Of a stretch of 64,000 nt of DNA, positions 27,830 to 36,440 are shown in pieces (within the stretch, counting starts at the first letter, position 1; every line of letters begins with the position of its first letter). Source of the DNA: a virus (taxonomy: Duplodnaviria > Heunggongvirae > Uroviricota > Caudoviricetes). The position numbers and the translations under genes are program-made. The notes below the pieces were generated by a model. It did no database searches. It saw nothing but the letters and a program-made list of their open reading frames with translations, and was not told the origin of the DNA. The stretch spans positions 1 to 64,000 of the IMG/VR virus record IMGVR_UViG_2576861193_000004; one strand, 5' to 3'.

Positions 27830-27867
27830 ATGCATTGGCGCAATGTACGCGCCAATGCATGATTTTT
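27830..27867. terminator. bidirectional terminator between convergent genes
   Basis: Perfect 12-bp inverted repeat ATGCATTGGCGC / GCGCCAATGCAT with 7-nt loop, followed by gattttt. Confidence 0.6.
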
Positions 27868-28225
27868 AACCTTTCTTCATCAACTCTCGTTTGATTTCAT
27901 CGGTACGCATCGTGACATCGGCAGCGGTGATCGCCTCATTCAATTTCACGATGTCCTCGATTTCCTGCGGTGACTTCTCTGCCAGATGGAAAATGGCTGC
28001 TCGAATCACGTCAGAACGAGTGAACTTCTCGAAGCGAGGGATGAACTTCATCATCTCCAGCAGTTCGAAGTATTCGTCCTCCAGTGACATTGTGCGGCTT
28101 TTAATTTTCTCTTTGCCACGAGTCGGGCGTCCCTGTGGTCTGACTGGTTGGCGCAAAGGAGTTGTGTTCTTAGCCGGTGCATCAGGCTCTTTGCGCTTTG
28201 CTAGGTCACCCATTTTCATGGACAT
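27866..28225 (-). CDS. small basic partner of ParA (ParG-like, putative centromere-binding protein)
   Basis: 119 aa, basic N-terminus; gene start abuts the parA stop. Role inferred from position. Confidence 0.4.
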   Translation of the reverse strand: MSMKMGDLAKRKEPDAPAKNTTPLRQPVRPQGRPTRGKEKIKSRTMSLEDEYFELLEMMKFIPRFEKFTRSDVIRAAIFHLAEKSPQEIEDIVKLNEAITAADVTMRTDEIKRELMKKG

Positions 28226-28893
28226 TATTCTTCTTCCTCCAGACTCAACAGATAATCTACAAATTCTTCAAACTCGGCTTCCGCCTTTTTGTCGCGCTCG
28301 CTACCGGTCATTTCAAAGATAGAACGACCAGACTCTTCCGCATCATCATAGACGTTGCGGTTATACAGATTGACTGGCGCAGACTCGATTCCAAACGTCT
28401 CAACAATCTCTTTAGCCGCCAGAATGCGAGACACTTGTGATGGCAAAGCCGGACACTGGTTCATGACCGCGCGGACCTTCACTTTATCGTTTACATTGCG
28501 AACATTGTCGATAATAGGATCGATGTCACGTAAAGATTTCAAATCACGACGCTTAGGACGCAGCGGGATAATGATAACGTCAGCCATCAGCATCGCTTGT
28601 CGCTGAATTTCGGAGTCGAAGCCACCAGCATCTACCACTACAAACTCAGCTCTACCCTGAAGCGATTTTAGGTGCTTAATGATGTCATCCTGAACGTATG
28701 CAAAAGGAATCAGCTCAAGGTCTTCGTTCTGTCGACGGTCTTCACACCAGCTCGTTGTCGTGCGCTGAATATCTATATCGGTAATATAAACCTTCTTCTT
28801 CTTTTTGACTTTCAGGCAAACGGCAATTTGCTGGGCAACGGTGGATTTGCCAGGCCCGCCCTTTGTGCCGCCAACCACAAAGATCTTGGTCAT
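28225..28893 (-). CDS. parA: ParA-family partition ATPase (small type Ib)
   Basis: Deviant Walker A KIFVVGGTKGGPGKST at N-terminus, 222 aa. Confidence 0.85.
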   Translation of the reverse strand: MTKIFVVGGTKGGPGKSTVAQQIAVCLKVKKKKKVYITDIDIQRTTTSWCEDRRQNEDLELIPFAYVQDDIIKHLKSLQGRAEFVVVDAGGFDSEIQRQAMLMADVIIIPLRPKRRDLKSLRDIDPIIDNVRNVNDKVKVRAVMNQCPALPSQVSRILAAKEIVETFGIESAPVNLYNRNVYDDAEESGRSIFEMTGSERDKKAEAEFEEFVDYLLSLEEEE

Positions 28894-29211
28894 TGGAGAG
28901 TTCCCTTTGCGTATATAATTATCGTCTGAAACAACTTGTTTTCTTATATGTGATATAGCCTAAATGCCTACGGCTGCGGTGTAAAGGTTAAATGGTAGGT
29001 TGTGATTAACAATTGGCAATCATAGCTTGTATTTGTCTGTTGAAAAAAGTAACAATGACCTCTATATTACAAGTACGGTGATATGCCGTACACAATTTGA
29101 TAATGCACACGTAATGGGCTATAGCCTTTTAAAGTAATTTTTGAGTCGAAAACTCAGTTTGAACAGAGGAGATTGATGGCCTTCCTACATCACGGCCATC
29201 AGGAGGAATAC

Positions 29212-29481
29212 ATGTCAGCACTAAAAAAGCAGCGCATCGATTTGAGATTAACCGATGACGATAAAAGCATCATCGAGGAAGCTGCCGCAATGTCTAACCA
29301 GAGCATTACTCAGTTTATGGTTAGCAGTGCATCTGAACGTGCCGTGAAAGTTATAGAGCAACACCGTAGACTAGTTCTGAATGAAGAATCCTGGAATCTG
29401 GTTATGGACGCTATAAGCAATCCTCCGGCACCGAACGACAAGCTGAAACGAGCTGCTGATCGTCTGAAAAGCATGGAGTAG
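29212..29481 (+). CDS. DUF1778 (TacA/AtaR-family) antitoxin
   Basis: 90 aa MSALKKQRIDLRLTDDDKSIIEEAAA...NPPAPNDKLKRAA; AGGAGG Shine-Dalgarno 6 nt upstream of ATG 29212 (track start 29173 is TTG). Confidence 0.85.
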   Translation: MSALKKQRIDLRLTDDDKSIIEEAAAMSNQSITQFMVSSASERAVKVIEQHRRLVLNEESWNLVMDAISNPPAPNDKLKRAADRLKSME

Positions 29482-29488
29482 TTTACTC

Positions 29489-30010
29489 GTGAGCAATACA
29501 ACGATAGAGATTTTCTCTGGAGAGAAAGATTATGATCTAAACGGTTTTGATTGCGGCGAAGAGTCACTAAACGCCTTTTTAGCCAACCACTTAAAAAGGC
29601 AGCATGAGGGAAAAATTCTTCGTGCTTATGTGCTTTGCACTCAAGAAGAAAGGCCAAAAGTGTTAGGATATTACACTTTGTCAGGTAGTTGTTTTGAAAA
29701 GGAGTCCTTACCTTCAAGAAGCAAACAAAAGAAGGTTCCTTATCGGAATGTTCCAAGTGTTACTTTGGGTAGGCTGGCTTTGGACAAGTCCCTTCAAGGT
29801 CAAGGATTTGGCTCAATGCTTGTAACACATGCAATGCGCGTTGTGTACAATGCATCTCTTGCTGTAGGCATTCATGGACTTTTCGTTGAGGCGTTAAATG
29901 ACAAAGCCAAGGCGTTTTATAAAAGTTTAGGCTTTATCCAGCTGGTTGGTAACAACGAGCGTTCTTTGTTCTATCCTACAAAATCTATCGAAAAATTGTT
30001 CGAAGAATAA
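29489..30010 (+). CDS. GNAT-family acetyltransferase toxin (TacT/AtaT-like)
   Basis: 173 aa, GNAT motif A LQGQGFGSMLV; starts 8 nt after the antitoxin stop. Family members acetylate aminoacyl-tRNA. Confidence 0.85.
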   Translation: MSNTTIEIFSGEKDYDLNGFDCGEESLNAFLANHLKRQHEGKILRAYVLCTQEERPKVLGYYTLSGSCFEKESLPSRSKQKKVPYRNVPSVTLGRLALDKSLQGQGFGSMLVTHAMRVVYNASLAVGIHGLFVEALNDKAKAFYKSLGFIQLVGNNERSLFYPTKSIEKLFEE

Positions 30011-30042
30011 TGTGTTCCCCTCATTTGAGGGGAACTTCGACA

Positions 30043-30258
30043 TCACCAACCACAAACCCTCTCTCCCATCGTATTGTGAAAAAGGATTTGGCGTTCGGTT
30101 TCTTCAGTCATTACATCATTATTGCTGATATAGATAGGCTCAGCCCCATCGCAGAACAACACGCTGGCTGTTTGTGGTTTAATGACGCACCCACTTATCA
30201 TACAACTCACGATGAACGGCAGAAGCATCTTTCTGACGTATTTTACTGCTCGTCTCAT
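30043..30258 (-). CDS. Rz1-like outer-membrane lipoprotein spanin candidate (overlapped in Rz)
   Basis: Signal-peptide-like MLLPFIVSCMISGC with lipobox-like ISGC; overlaps the 3' end of the Rz-like gene in another frame. Confidence 0.35.
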   Translation of the reverse strand: MRRAVKYVRKMLLPFIVSCMISGCVIKPQTASVLFCDGAEPIYISNNDVMTEETERQILFHNTMGERVCGW

Positions 30259-30430
30259 TCACCACTTTCACTGTGTTTTGAAGTCGTTTTCTGTCTTCCT
30301 GTTTTGCCTTCTCTTCCATTGCTCGTCGCGCCGCATTCCCGCCCATCGTGTAAGCGCCGACAAGAACGAAAAGAACGGCAGCCAGCGTAATCAAAGCAAC
30401 TTTTAGCTTTGTCATCAGGCTGCCTAGCAT
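30179..30430 (-). CDS. Rz-like inner-membrane spanin candidate
   Basis: 83 aa: N-terminal TM (VALITLAAVLFVLVGAY) followed by charged helical region; located downstream of the putative lysin. Confidence 0.45.
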   Translation of the reverse strand: MLGSLMTKLKVALITLAAVLFVLVGAYTMGGNAARRAMEEKAKQEDRKRLQNTVKVVNETSSKIRQKDASAVHRELYDKWVRH

Positions 30431-30431
30431 A

Positions 30432-31151
30432 TTAGACCATCCCTTTCTGGTGTTTTCTTACCTGCGACCAGGCAATGAATCCTGCCACAACAATAGTGGC
30501 AATACCGAAGATGATGCGTACTGTATCCCCGCTAGAGATATGACCTTGTGCTTTATCCATAGCAGCGGAAACCTGCGGCATAACATCGGCCAGCTGCGCC
30601 AGACCAATACCTGCTGTAACAGTTGCGCCTGCGGTTTCTTTAGTTACAGGAACAGCCTTCACGGTTTTCACCGGCTTAACAACGCCAGCTCGACGCAGAC
30701 CTTCCTCAATAACTTCTGCCGCATACCAGGTGTTCAGCGTTTTTAGCGGGCCTCGGCCATTCTCGTGGCGAATGATTGCCTCAACCAAAGGTCGAAGGAT
30801 GTCGTAATCATGCAGATCGATGATCATGTCTGCGGTTACACCAACGGCTTTAGACACCTCATTAATGTAGGCGTCAGTATTGTTTTCATTCGGCGGTGCC
30901 CAGCGTTCAATAACTTCACGAATGGTATCGATACTTGTGCCGTCTTTTGCGCGACGTTTATCGTGGTAGGTAATTAGAGTCACCGCCAGCGCACGAATCC
31001 CCCAAACAGGGTCTTTAAACGTGCAAAAGCGCGGTTCGTCTGGATTCGCAACCAGACCTTGCCACGGTGATCCTTTATCAAGATTACCGGGGTTATTATT
31101 ACGAATGCCTCTCGGAGTTTTCATCCTTGATCTCCTGTTATTGCAGTCCAC
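30432..31151 (-). CDS. putative cell-wall hydrolase / endolysin with C-terminal transmembrane helix
   Basis: 239 aa with GIRNNNPGNL motif near the N-terminus and C-terminal hydrophobic segment IIFGIATIVVAGFIAW; assignment rests mainly on position between holin-like and spanin-like genes. Confidence 0.35.
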   Translation of the reverse strand: MDCNNRRSRMKTPRGIRNNNPGNLDKGSPWQGLVANPDEPRFCTFKDPVWGIRALAVTLITYHDKRRAKDGTSIDTIREVIERWAPPNENNTDAYINEVSKAVGVTADMIIDLHDYDILRPLVEAIIRHENGRGPLKTLNTWYAAEVIEEGLRRAGVVKPVKTVKAVPVTKETAGATVTAGIGLAQLADVMPQVSAAMDKAQGHISSGDTVRIIFGIATIVVAGFIAWSQVRKHQKGMV

Positions 31152-31473
31152 TTTTTACGCCATACGCGGCTAACCCCAAAAGCAGTGCGGTAATAATGAA
31201 CGACGTTATTTTAGAAACAATGCCGCCAAAGAACCCACTGGAGATGGTGTCGAGCCGGTTAAGAAGTTTGTCCAGATTGGAGTGCTGAATGCTGTGTTGT
31301 GCGGGCGTCATATCGCCAAAGTAGGTTTTGAGCTGGTCATTGACCTCCTGACCAATTTCCTCGCGTATTTCTTTACCTAATTTGCCTACGACTTCCCGAG
31401 CAACGATTGAGGCGATGCGCTCAACCTGTTCAGTTGTGACTCCCGCCATCTCGTTCGACATGTTTTCCTCCAT
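31138..31473 (-). CDS. tail-anchored membrane protein (holin candidate)
   Basis: 111 aa, hydrophilic N-terminus and single C-terminal TM (ITSFIITALLLGLAAYGV); first gene of the lysis cluster. Confidence 0.3.
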   Translation of the reverse strand: MEENMSNEMAGVTTEQVERIASIVAREVVGKLGKEIREEIGQEVNDQLKTYFGDMTPAQHSIQHSNLDKLLNRLDTISSGFFGGIVSKITSFIITALLLGLAAYGVKSGLQ

Positions 31474-31594
31474 GAAAAGTCAAATCGGGATGGCGTGTTT
31501 ATATCATATTTTAACCATTTGTAGTAGGTATGTACTTACCTACTATATATCTTGCAAACTAATCGTTGTTAATAATGCAGATATAATCTGCCCC

Positions 31595-32176
31595 TTACTC
31601 TGCTGGTATTGTTGGCCACTCAATATCAGGTGCAGTTGATGTATCAACACGGTTCAGCAACACCCGATACTTTTTCCAGGCTTCCAGCAATGAGTTTTCT
31701 TCCTCCGTTGCGATTTCCAGATCTACAGCATCCTGAAGTGGCGCAATATGCTCACTGGCTACCTGCATCAGGTTGTTTTTTGTTTCTTCCGCCTCCCGGA
31801 TCCGGAACAGTTTTTCTGCTTCCGTATCCTTCAACCAGGCTGTGCCGTTCCACTTCTGATATTCCCCTTCCGGCGATAACCAGGTAACATTTTCCGGTAA
31901 CGGACCGAGTTCAGAAATAAATAACGCGTCGCCGGAAGCCACGTCATAAACCGTTTTACCCCGATGATCTTCAACGAGATGCCACGATGACTCATCACTG
32001 TTGAAAACAGCCACGAAGCCAGCCGGAATATCTGGCGGTGCAATATCGGTACTGTTTGCAGGCAGACCTGTATGAGGTGGAATATATGCGTCACCGTCAC
32101 CAATAAATTCATTAGTTCCGGACAACAGATTATAAATTTTTATGGTCCGTGCTTGTTCACTCATTCTGAATGCCAT
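31595..32176 (-). CDS. tfa: tail fiber assembly protein (Tfa, lambda Tfa / T4 gp38-like)
   Basis: 193 aa; start overlaps the stop of the fiber gene; typical Tfa layout and sequence character. Confidence 0.8.
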   Translation of the reverse strand: MAFRMSEQARTIKIYNLLSGTNEFIGDGDAYIPPHTGLPANSTDIAPPDIPAGFVAVFNSDESSWHLVEDHRGKTVYDVASGDALFISELGPLPENVTWLSPEGEYQKWNGTAWLKDTEAEKLFRIREAEETKNNLMQVASEHIAPLQDAVDLEIATEEENSLLEAWKKYRVLLNRVDTSTAPDIEWPTIPAE

Positions 32177-35100
32177 TATGCAAGCCTCACAATATAGTTA
32201 AATGCGATGTTTTTGACGGTGTTTTCCGCGTTACCAGCAGCGTTAACGGTGATGGTGTGTCCATGTGAGCCAATCGCAACCGAGTGCGTATGCGCACCAA
32301 TACCTACAGTATGTGCATGTGCGCCAGAACTTGCTGCAGTACCAGACAGCGAGTGGGTATGAGCACCTGCTGACTGTGTCTGAATACGTTGATAATACGA
32401 TCTACTGGAAGAAGTCCCCGGGCTTACTTGATACTGTGAATCCTGGACATAAGTGAACCCACCGCCATCATAAAATGCTAACGCAGAACCGCCGCCTCCT
32501 GGCCAACGAATACCATTACCATGAGTATGAGCACCGGCAGCCCCCGTAGAGCCACTCAGACTGTGCGTATGCGCCCCGGTGTTATTCGTGGATTTAGTGC
32601 CGTAATCAAACGACGATGTGGTTTTCGTCCCCAAATCCGTACTGGATGCGCTGGCGCTGTGGGTGTGCGATTTAATGCCGTCCTGTTCCTGAGACAATAC
32701 GGCGCGACCACTGGCAGGTTTGCCCTTAATCGTCCAGCCACGCATATCAGGGATCACGCCTGACGGATAAGCGGCTGCAAGTTTCGGGTAAGCAGATTTG
32801 TCAAAAGTCTGCCCCTGCATCAGGGCATAGCCAGACGGAACGGTATCTGATGGCCACGGGATTGGTGCACCGACTGGATAAAACTCTGCAGGAGGATGAG
32901 CCGAGGTGTAAAGCTGCGCCCACGGCGACCAGTTTGCGTCGGTCGTATCCCGTCGTGAACGAATAAATGCCGGAGCATGAGCACCGCTTGTACCACTCCA
33001 GCCAATTAGCAACTCTCCCTCACCAGCAACTCTCGCACCTTTCATGTGCAATACGTTGCCATACGTGGTCGGGTAGCTATTGTTGTACGCCTCGTACATT
33101 TGAATGCCAGCAGTGCCTTGAGTAGAGCCGCTTAACGCCGTAACTTGGCCACGAGATACCAATGTATTAATGTTGATATCGCCTGAGCCATCAAACTTAA
33201 CACCATTGATGTTTCTCGCTGTTTGCAACTTCGTAGCTGTTGAAGCATTACCGTTCAAACTACCATTTACGCCACCAGTCACATTTAGTCCATTACCGAT
33301 CGTAACAGCACCATTGGCATTGTTAATGATAAGCGGCCTTAAACTATTCCATGATCCAAGATTGTCACCCGAGGCGGTCAACATGAAGTATGTGTTTGAA
33401 CCATCGTTTCGGATAAAGAATCCGTAGTTTCCGCAGACAATGCGCAGACCATTCGCCGATTTTGAAATGATCTCACCAGAAGATGTCAAACCTCCAGATA
33501 ATGTACCACCGGTAAGAGGTAATGCACCGACATCAGAGGCTGTTGGTTTGTTTTTCGTGTTATATACTCTTCGCCATCCTGGAGAATAATCTGTGCCATT
33601 AAATACATAGATAAACTCCGCATTAGTGAGAGCACCAGAGACACTCGTCGTTGTGGCCGTTGTTATACGGATCGTATAATTGTTTGAGCTACTACCGTTA
33701 TTAAATACCTCTATAACAGCTCCTGCCAATGGAATAACGCCACAACCAGTTTCACTATTTGGTATGGTTGCACTATTGGCATAGGCCCACGCACATCGAG
33801 CAATCCATGACCTTGTGGTAAACGCGCCGTTATTTTGCAATAACGTCACTAACTGTGCTGTTGTTATTGCTCCGCCATTACTTCCTGTAGTTAACCAACC
33901 AGTAGGAGATGCCGGGCAACCTATATCGGCAGGCCCCAACGATATATTTCTTGTGCCATCAAACGCAATACCGTTGATGGTTCTTGCGGTTTGCAACTTC
34001 GTAGCAGTAGCCGCGTTGCCCGTTGTATTCTGATTACCAGTCGTATTAACACCTGGCAAATTAATATTCGCAGTACCATCAAAGCTCACGCCGCCGATAG
34101 TTCTTGCCGTCTGAAGTTTTGTAGCAGTTGCAGCATTACCAGTGGTGTTCTGATTACCCGTAGTATTTACACCTGGAAGGTTGATATTTGCAGAACCGTC
34201 GAAACCAACTCCACCGATAGATCTTGCCGTCTGCAATTTCGTTGCTGTACTTGCATTACCATTTAATGTTCCGGTGATCCCACCAGTAACAGACAACGGA
34301 CCTGAAACTGTTCCTCCGGTTGTTGGCAGTGCACCAATATCTAACGGCGTCGGTTTCTTATGTGTGCTATACATCGTATAAACAACACCATCGGTAACGC
34401 TGGAAGGCTTACTCGCTGAATATGTTGGCGATGTATAAATAGAAACTGTCGCATTTGCAGTACAATCCCAATGGATATTTACACTAGTCGCATAATTGCC
34501 AATCTCAACGTAAATATCATATGTATCGCCGGATGTGTTGATCCAGGCGAAATTCGTTAATCCGACGGCTGTACGCTTCCACAAAGCCCCGGTAATTCCT
34601 TTGGGCATTCCATTGCCTGCTCGTAGAACCAGTTCTGAAATGCCTGCCTGTTGAGGTGACCCCACGTTAAATCCCGCGCCACCAATCAATGCGATGTAAA
34701 CGATGGAACTATTTTGTGGCATGGTAACCGTAGCCAGTTTGAACCACCCAGCCCCGCCAGAGAAAGACATCGTTATTGAATTTAAAGTACCAATATCTTT
34801 CGGCGTTAATGTGATATCCGCAGTCAGTGCTTTCCCGTTAATTTTTCGGTTAGATGGCACCCTGCTGTTCGCATTGTCATTGACTACTTTAACTGCTTTT
34901 GGCGTTGCGGCCAGCGATTCACTGGTGCTGTCGACAGCACTGCTAAGTTTCACAACACCTTTAGTTGTAAGGCTTGCGTCTTCCATCGCAACTGCACCGG
35001 CAATCTCTTCAGCACGATCAGCAGCAGCTTCCGCACGGGTCGCAGCGGATTCAGCAGCAGTTTTGCTCTGAGATGCTGCCGTCGCACTGCCAGCTGCCTC

Positions 35101-36348
35101 TGTCGCCTTCGTGGATGCCGTCGTGGCGCTGCTCTTCGCTGCTGACGCCTGTCTGGTCGCCTCATCTTTTGAAGCAGACGCCGATGATGCCGATGACGCC
35201 GCCGAACTGGCGGACGATGCGGCTGCCGTTTTTGAGGATTCTGCACGGGTTTCCGACGCTTTCGCGTTCGTTTCGGATGTCTTCGCTGCGGAAGCAGACC
35301 TCGCTGCTGCGCTGGCCTGTTCAGTGGCTTGGCCAGCCTTCGTTGTGGCAGTTGAAGCAGACGATGCGGCACTTTCTGCCGATTTTCCGGCGGCGGTGGC
35401 ACTGGCTGAGGCCTGCCCGGCACTTGTTGACGCGGCACTGGCAGACGACGCAGCCGCTGTTTTTGAGCCTGCCGCAGCCGAGGCGCTCTGTCCCGCTGCC
35501 GTTTCAGAAGACCTGGCGTTCGTCTCGGACGTTTTTGCCGCCTTCGCGGAATTTCCTGCCGCCGTTGCCGAGGAAGCGGCATTACTGGCGCTCGAGGCTG
35601 CGCTCGTTTCTGATGATTTCGCTGCCTCTTTTGAGGCCGCCGCATCCCGGGCTGAGGTGGCAGCTTCTGACGCCTTCGTGGTCGCGGTGGATGCAGAAGT
35701 GGCTGCAGATTTTTGTGACGCTGCAGCATTCGTTTCAGATTTTTTCGCATCAGTTGCACTCGCACTTGCGGCACTTTGTGAGGATGCCGCAGCGGATGCA
35801 CTTTGAGACGCTTGAGAGGCTTTTTCTCCAGCGGCATTGGCGCTTTTTGCTGCTGCGGCAGCACTGGCCGCCGCCTCACGAGCTTTGTCGCCAGCAGCAT
35901 CAATCGCGTCAGTGTTATTTTTATACCACTCAACGTTTTCGTTGTGCTCGTTGACGATCTGCATTAGCGGCTTAACGGTCACTTCTGTACCGTCTTCACG
36001 CTCGATTGTCACCTCATCCAGCGCAGTCAACCAACTGCGTATGGACTTGGAATCAGCCGACATACGCGACATTAGCGCAGTAAAGCGCGCGCTAAACTGT
36101 GTTAAGTCGCCTTCATAGGTCGTAATGATTCGGCACGGAACTTCAGACTGAGTTTCGCCGGTATAAGGTTCTGAGAGAACAATGTTCGTATCACTGGTTA
36201 CGCGCTTGATCTCATACAGCTTATTGTCGGGGCCAATGACGATCATCCCCGGCAACACACCATTAGCTGTTACGTTCCAGGCTGTCCCTGCCCCAACCAG
36301 AGTATTGCTGCCCTGTGTAAATGTGATAGTACCTTCCCTGTACCACAT
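32176..36348 (-). CDS. stf: side tail fiber protein (Stf-like) with Ala/Ser-rich rod and Phage_fiber_2-type repeats
   Basis: 1390 aa; repeated units [40 protein letters not shown]; C-terminal His-rich GAHTHS repeats typical of T4 gp37 / lambda Stf distal regions. Confidence 0.85.
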   Translation of the reverse strand: MWYREGTITFTQGSNTLVGAGTAWNVTANGVLPGMIVIGPDNKLYEIKRVTSDTNIVLSEPYTGETQSEVPCRIITTYEGDLTQFSARFTALMSRMSADSKSIRSWLTALDEVTIEREDGTEVTVKPLMQIVNEHNENVEWYKNNTDAIDAAGDKAREAAASAAAAAKSANAAGEKASQASQSASAAASSQSAASASATDAKKSETNAAASQKSAATSASTATTKASEAATSARDAAASKEAAKSSETSAASSASNAASSATAAGNSAKAAKTSETNARSSETAAGQSASAAAGSKTAAASSASAASTSAGQASASATAAGKSAESAASSASTATTKAGQATEQASAAARSASAAKTSETNAKASETRAESSKTAAASSASSAASSASSASASKDEATRQASAAKSSATTASTKATEAAGSATAASQSKTAAESAATRAEAAADRAEEIAGAVAMEDASLTTKGVVKLSSAVDSTSESLAATPKAVKVVNDNANSRVPSNRKINGKALTADITLTPKDIGTLNSITMSFSGGAGWFKLATVTMPQNSSIVYIALIGGAGFNVGSPQQAGISELVLRAGNGMPKGITGALWKRTAVGLTNFAWINTSGDTYDIYVEIGNYATSVNIHWDCTANATVSIYTSPTYSASKPSSVTDGVVYTMYSTHKKPTPLDIGALPTTGGTVSGPLSVTGGITGTLNGNASTATKLQTARSIGGVGFDGSANINLPGVNTTGNQNTTGNAATATKLQTARTIGGVSFDGTANINLPGVNTTGNQNTTGNAATATKLQTARTINGIAFDGTRNISLGPADIGCPASPTGWLTTGSNGGAITTAQLVTLLQNNGAFTTRSWIARCAWAYANSATIPNSETGCGVIPLAGAVIEVFNNGSSSNNYTIRITTATTTSVSGALTNAEFIYVFNGTDYSPGWRRVYNTKNKPTASDVGALPLTGGTLSGGLTSSGEIISKSANGLRIVCGNYGFFIRNDGSNTYFMLTASGDNLGSWNSLRPLIINNANGAVTIGNGLNVTGGVNGSLNGNASTATKLQTARNINGVKFDGSGDININTLVSRGQVTALSGSTQGTAGIQMYEAYNNSYPTTYGNVLHMKGARVAGEGELLIGWSGTSGAHAPAFIRSRRDTTDANWSPWAQLYTSAHPPAEFYPVGAPIPWPSDTVPSGYALMQGQTFDKSAYPKLAAAYPSGVIPDMRGWTIKGKPASGRAVLSQEQDGIKSHTHSASASSTDLGTKTTSSFDYGTKSTNNTGAHTHSLSGSTGAAGAHTHGNGIRWPGGGGSALAFYDGGGFTYVQDSQYQVSPGTSSSRSYYQRIQTQSAGAHTHSLSGTAASSGAHAHTVGIGAHTHSVAIGSHGHTITVNAAGNAENTVKNIAFNYIVRLA
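33930..34330. repeat. tandem DNA repeats (about 111 bp units) encoding fiber repeat motifs
   Basis: Three near-identical consecutive units visible in the DNA within the fiber gene. Confidence 0.7.
34990..35900. repeat. low-complexity GC-rich region encoding the Ala/Ser/Thr-rich fiber segment
   Basis: All six frames are open here (spurious ORFs 34950..35933, 34974..35954, 35111..35806) because of biased GCN/TCN codon composition. Confidence 0.8.
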
Positions 36349-36440
36349 GTTGAATATGCTCCTTGATTTGGCGGGCTATCCTTGCCCGCCATTAAGTATA
36401 TACTTACCTATTTTTACCGATATAAAATTTTTTTCCACCA

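Noticed and set aside
29173-29211. Longer antitoxin starting at 29173 (MMAFLHHGHQEEY...)
   Set aside because: The track start is a TTG; the ATG at 29212 has a perfect AGGAGG site and gives the 90-aa length and MSALKKQR start typical of DUF1778 antitoxins. An in-frame ATG at 29176 also has a plausible Shine-Dalgarno, so the longer form is not fully excluded.
34950-35954. Long ORFs on both strands inside the tail fiber gene (34950..35933 minus, 34974..35954 plus, 35111..35806 plus)
   Set aside because: They translate to Pro/Arg/Gln-rich or Ala/Asp-rich low-complexity sequence and arise because the GC-rich Ala/Ser codon repeats leave every frame open; the fiber frame is the coherent one.
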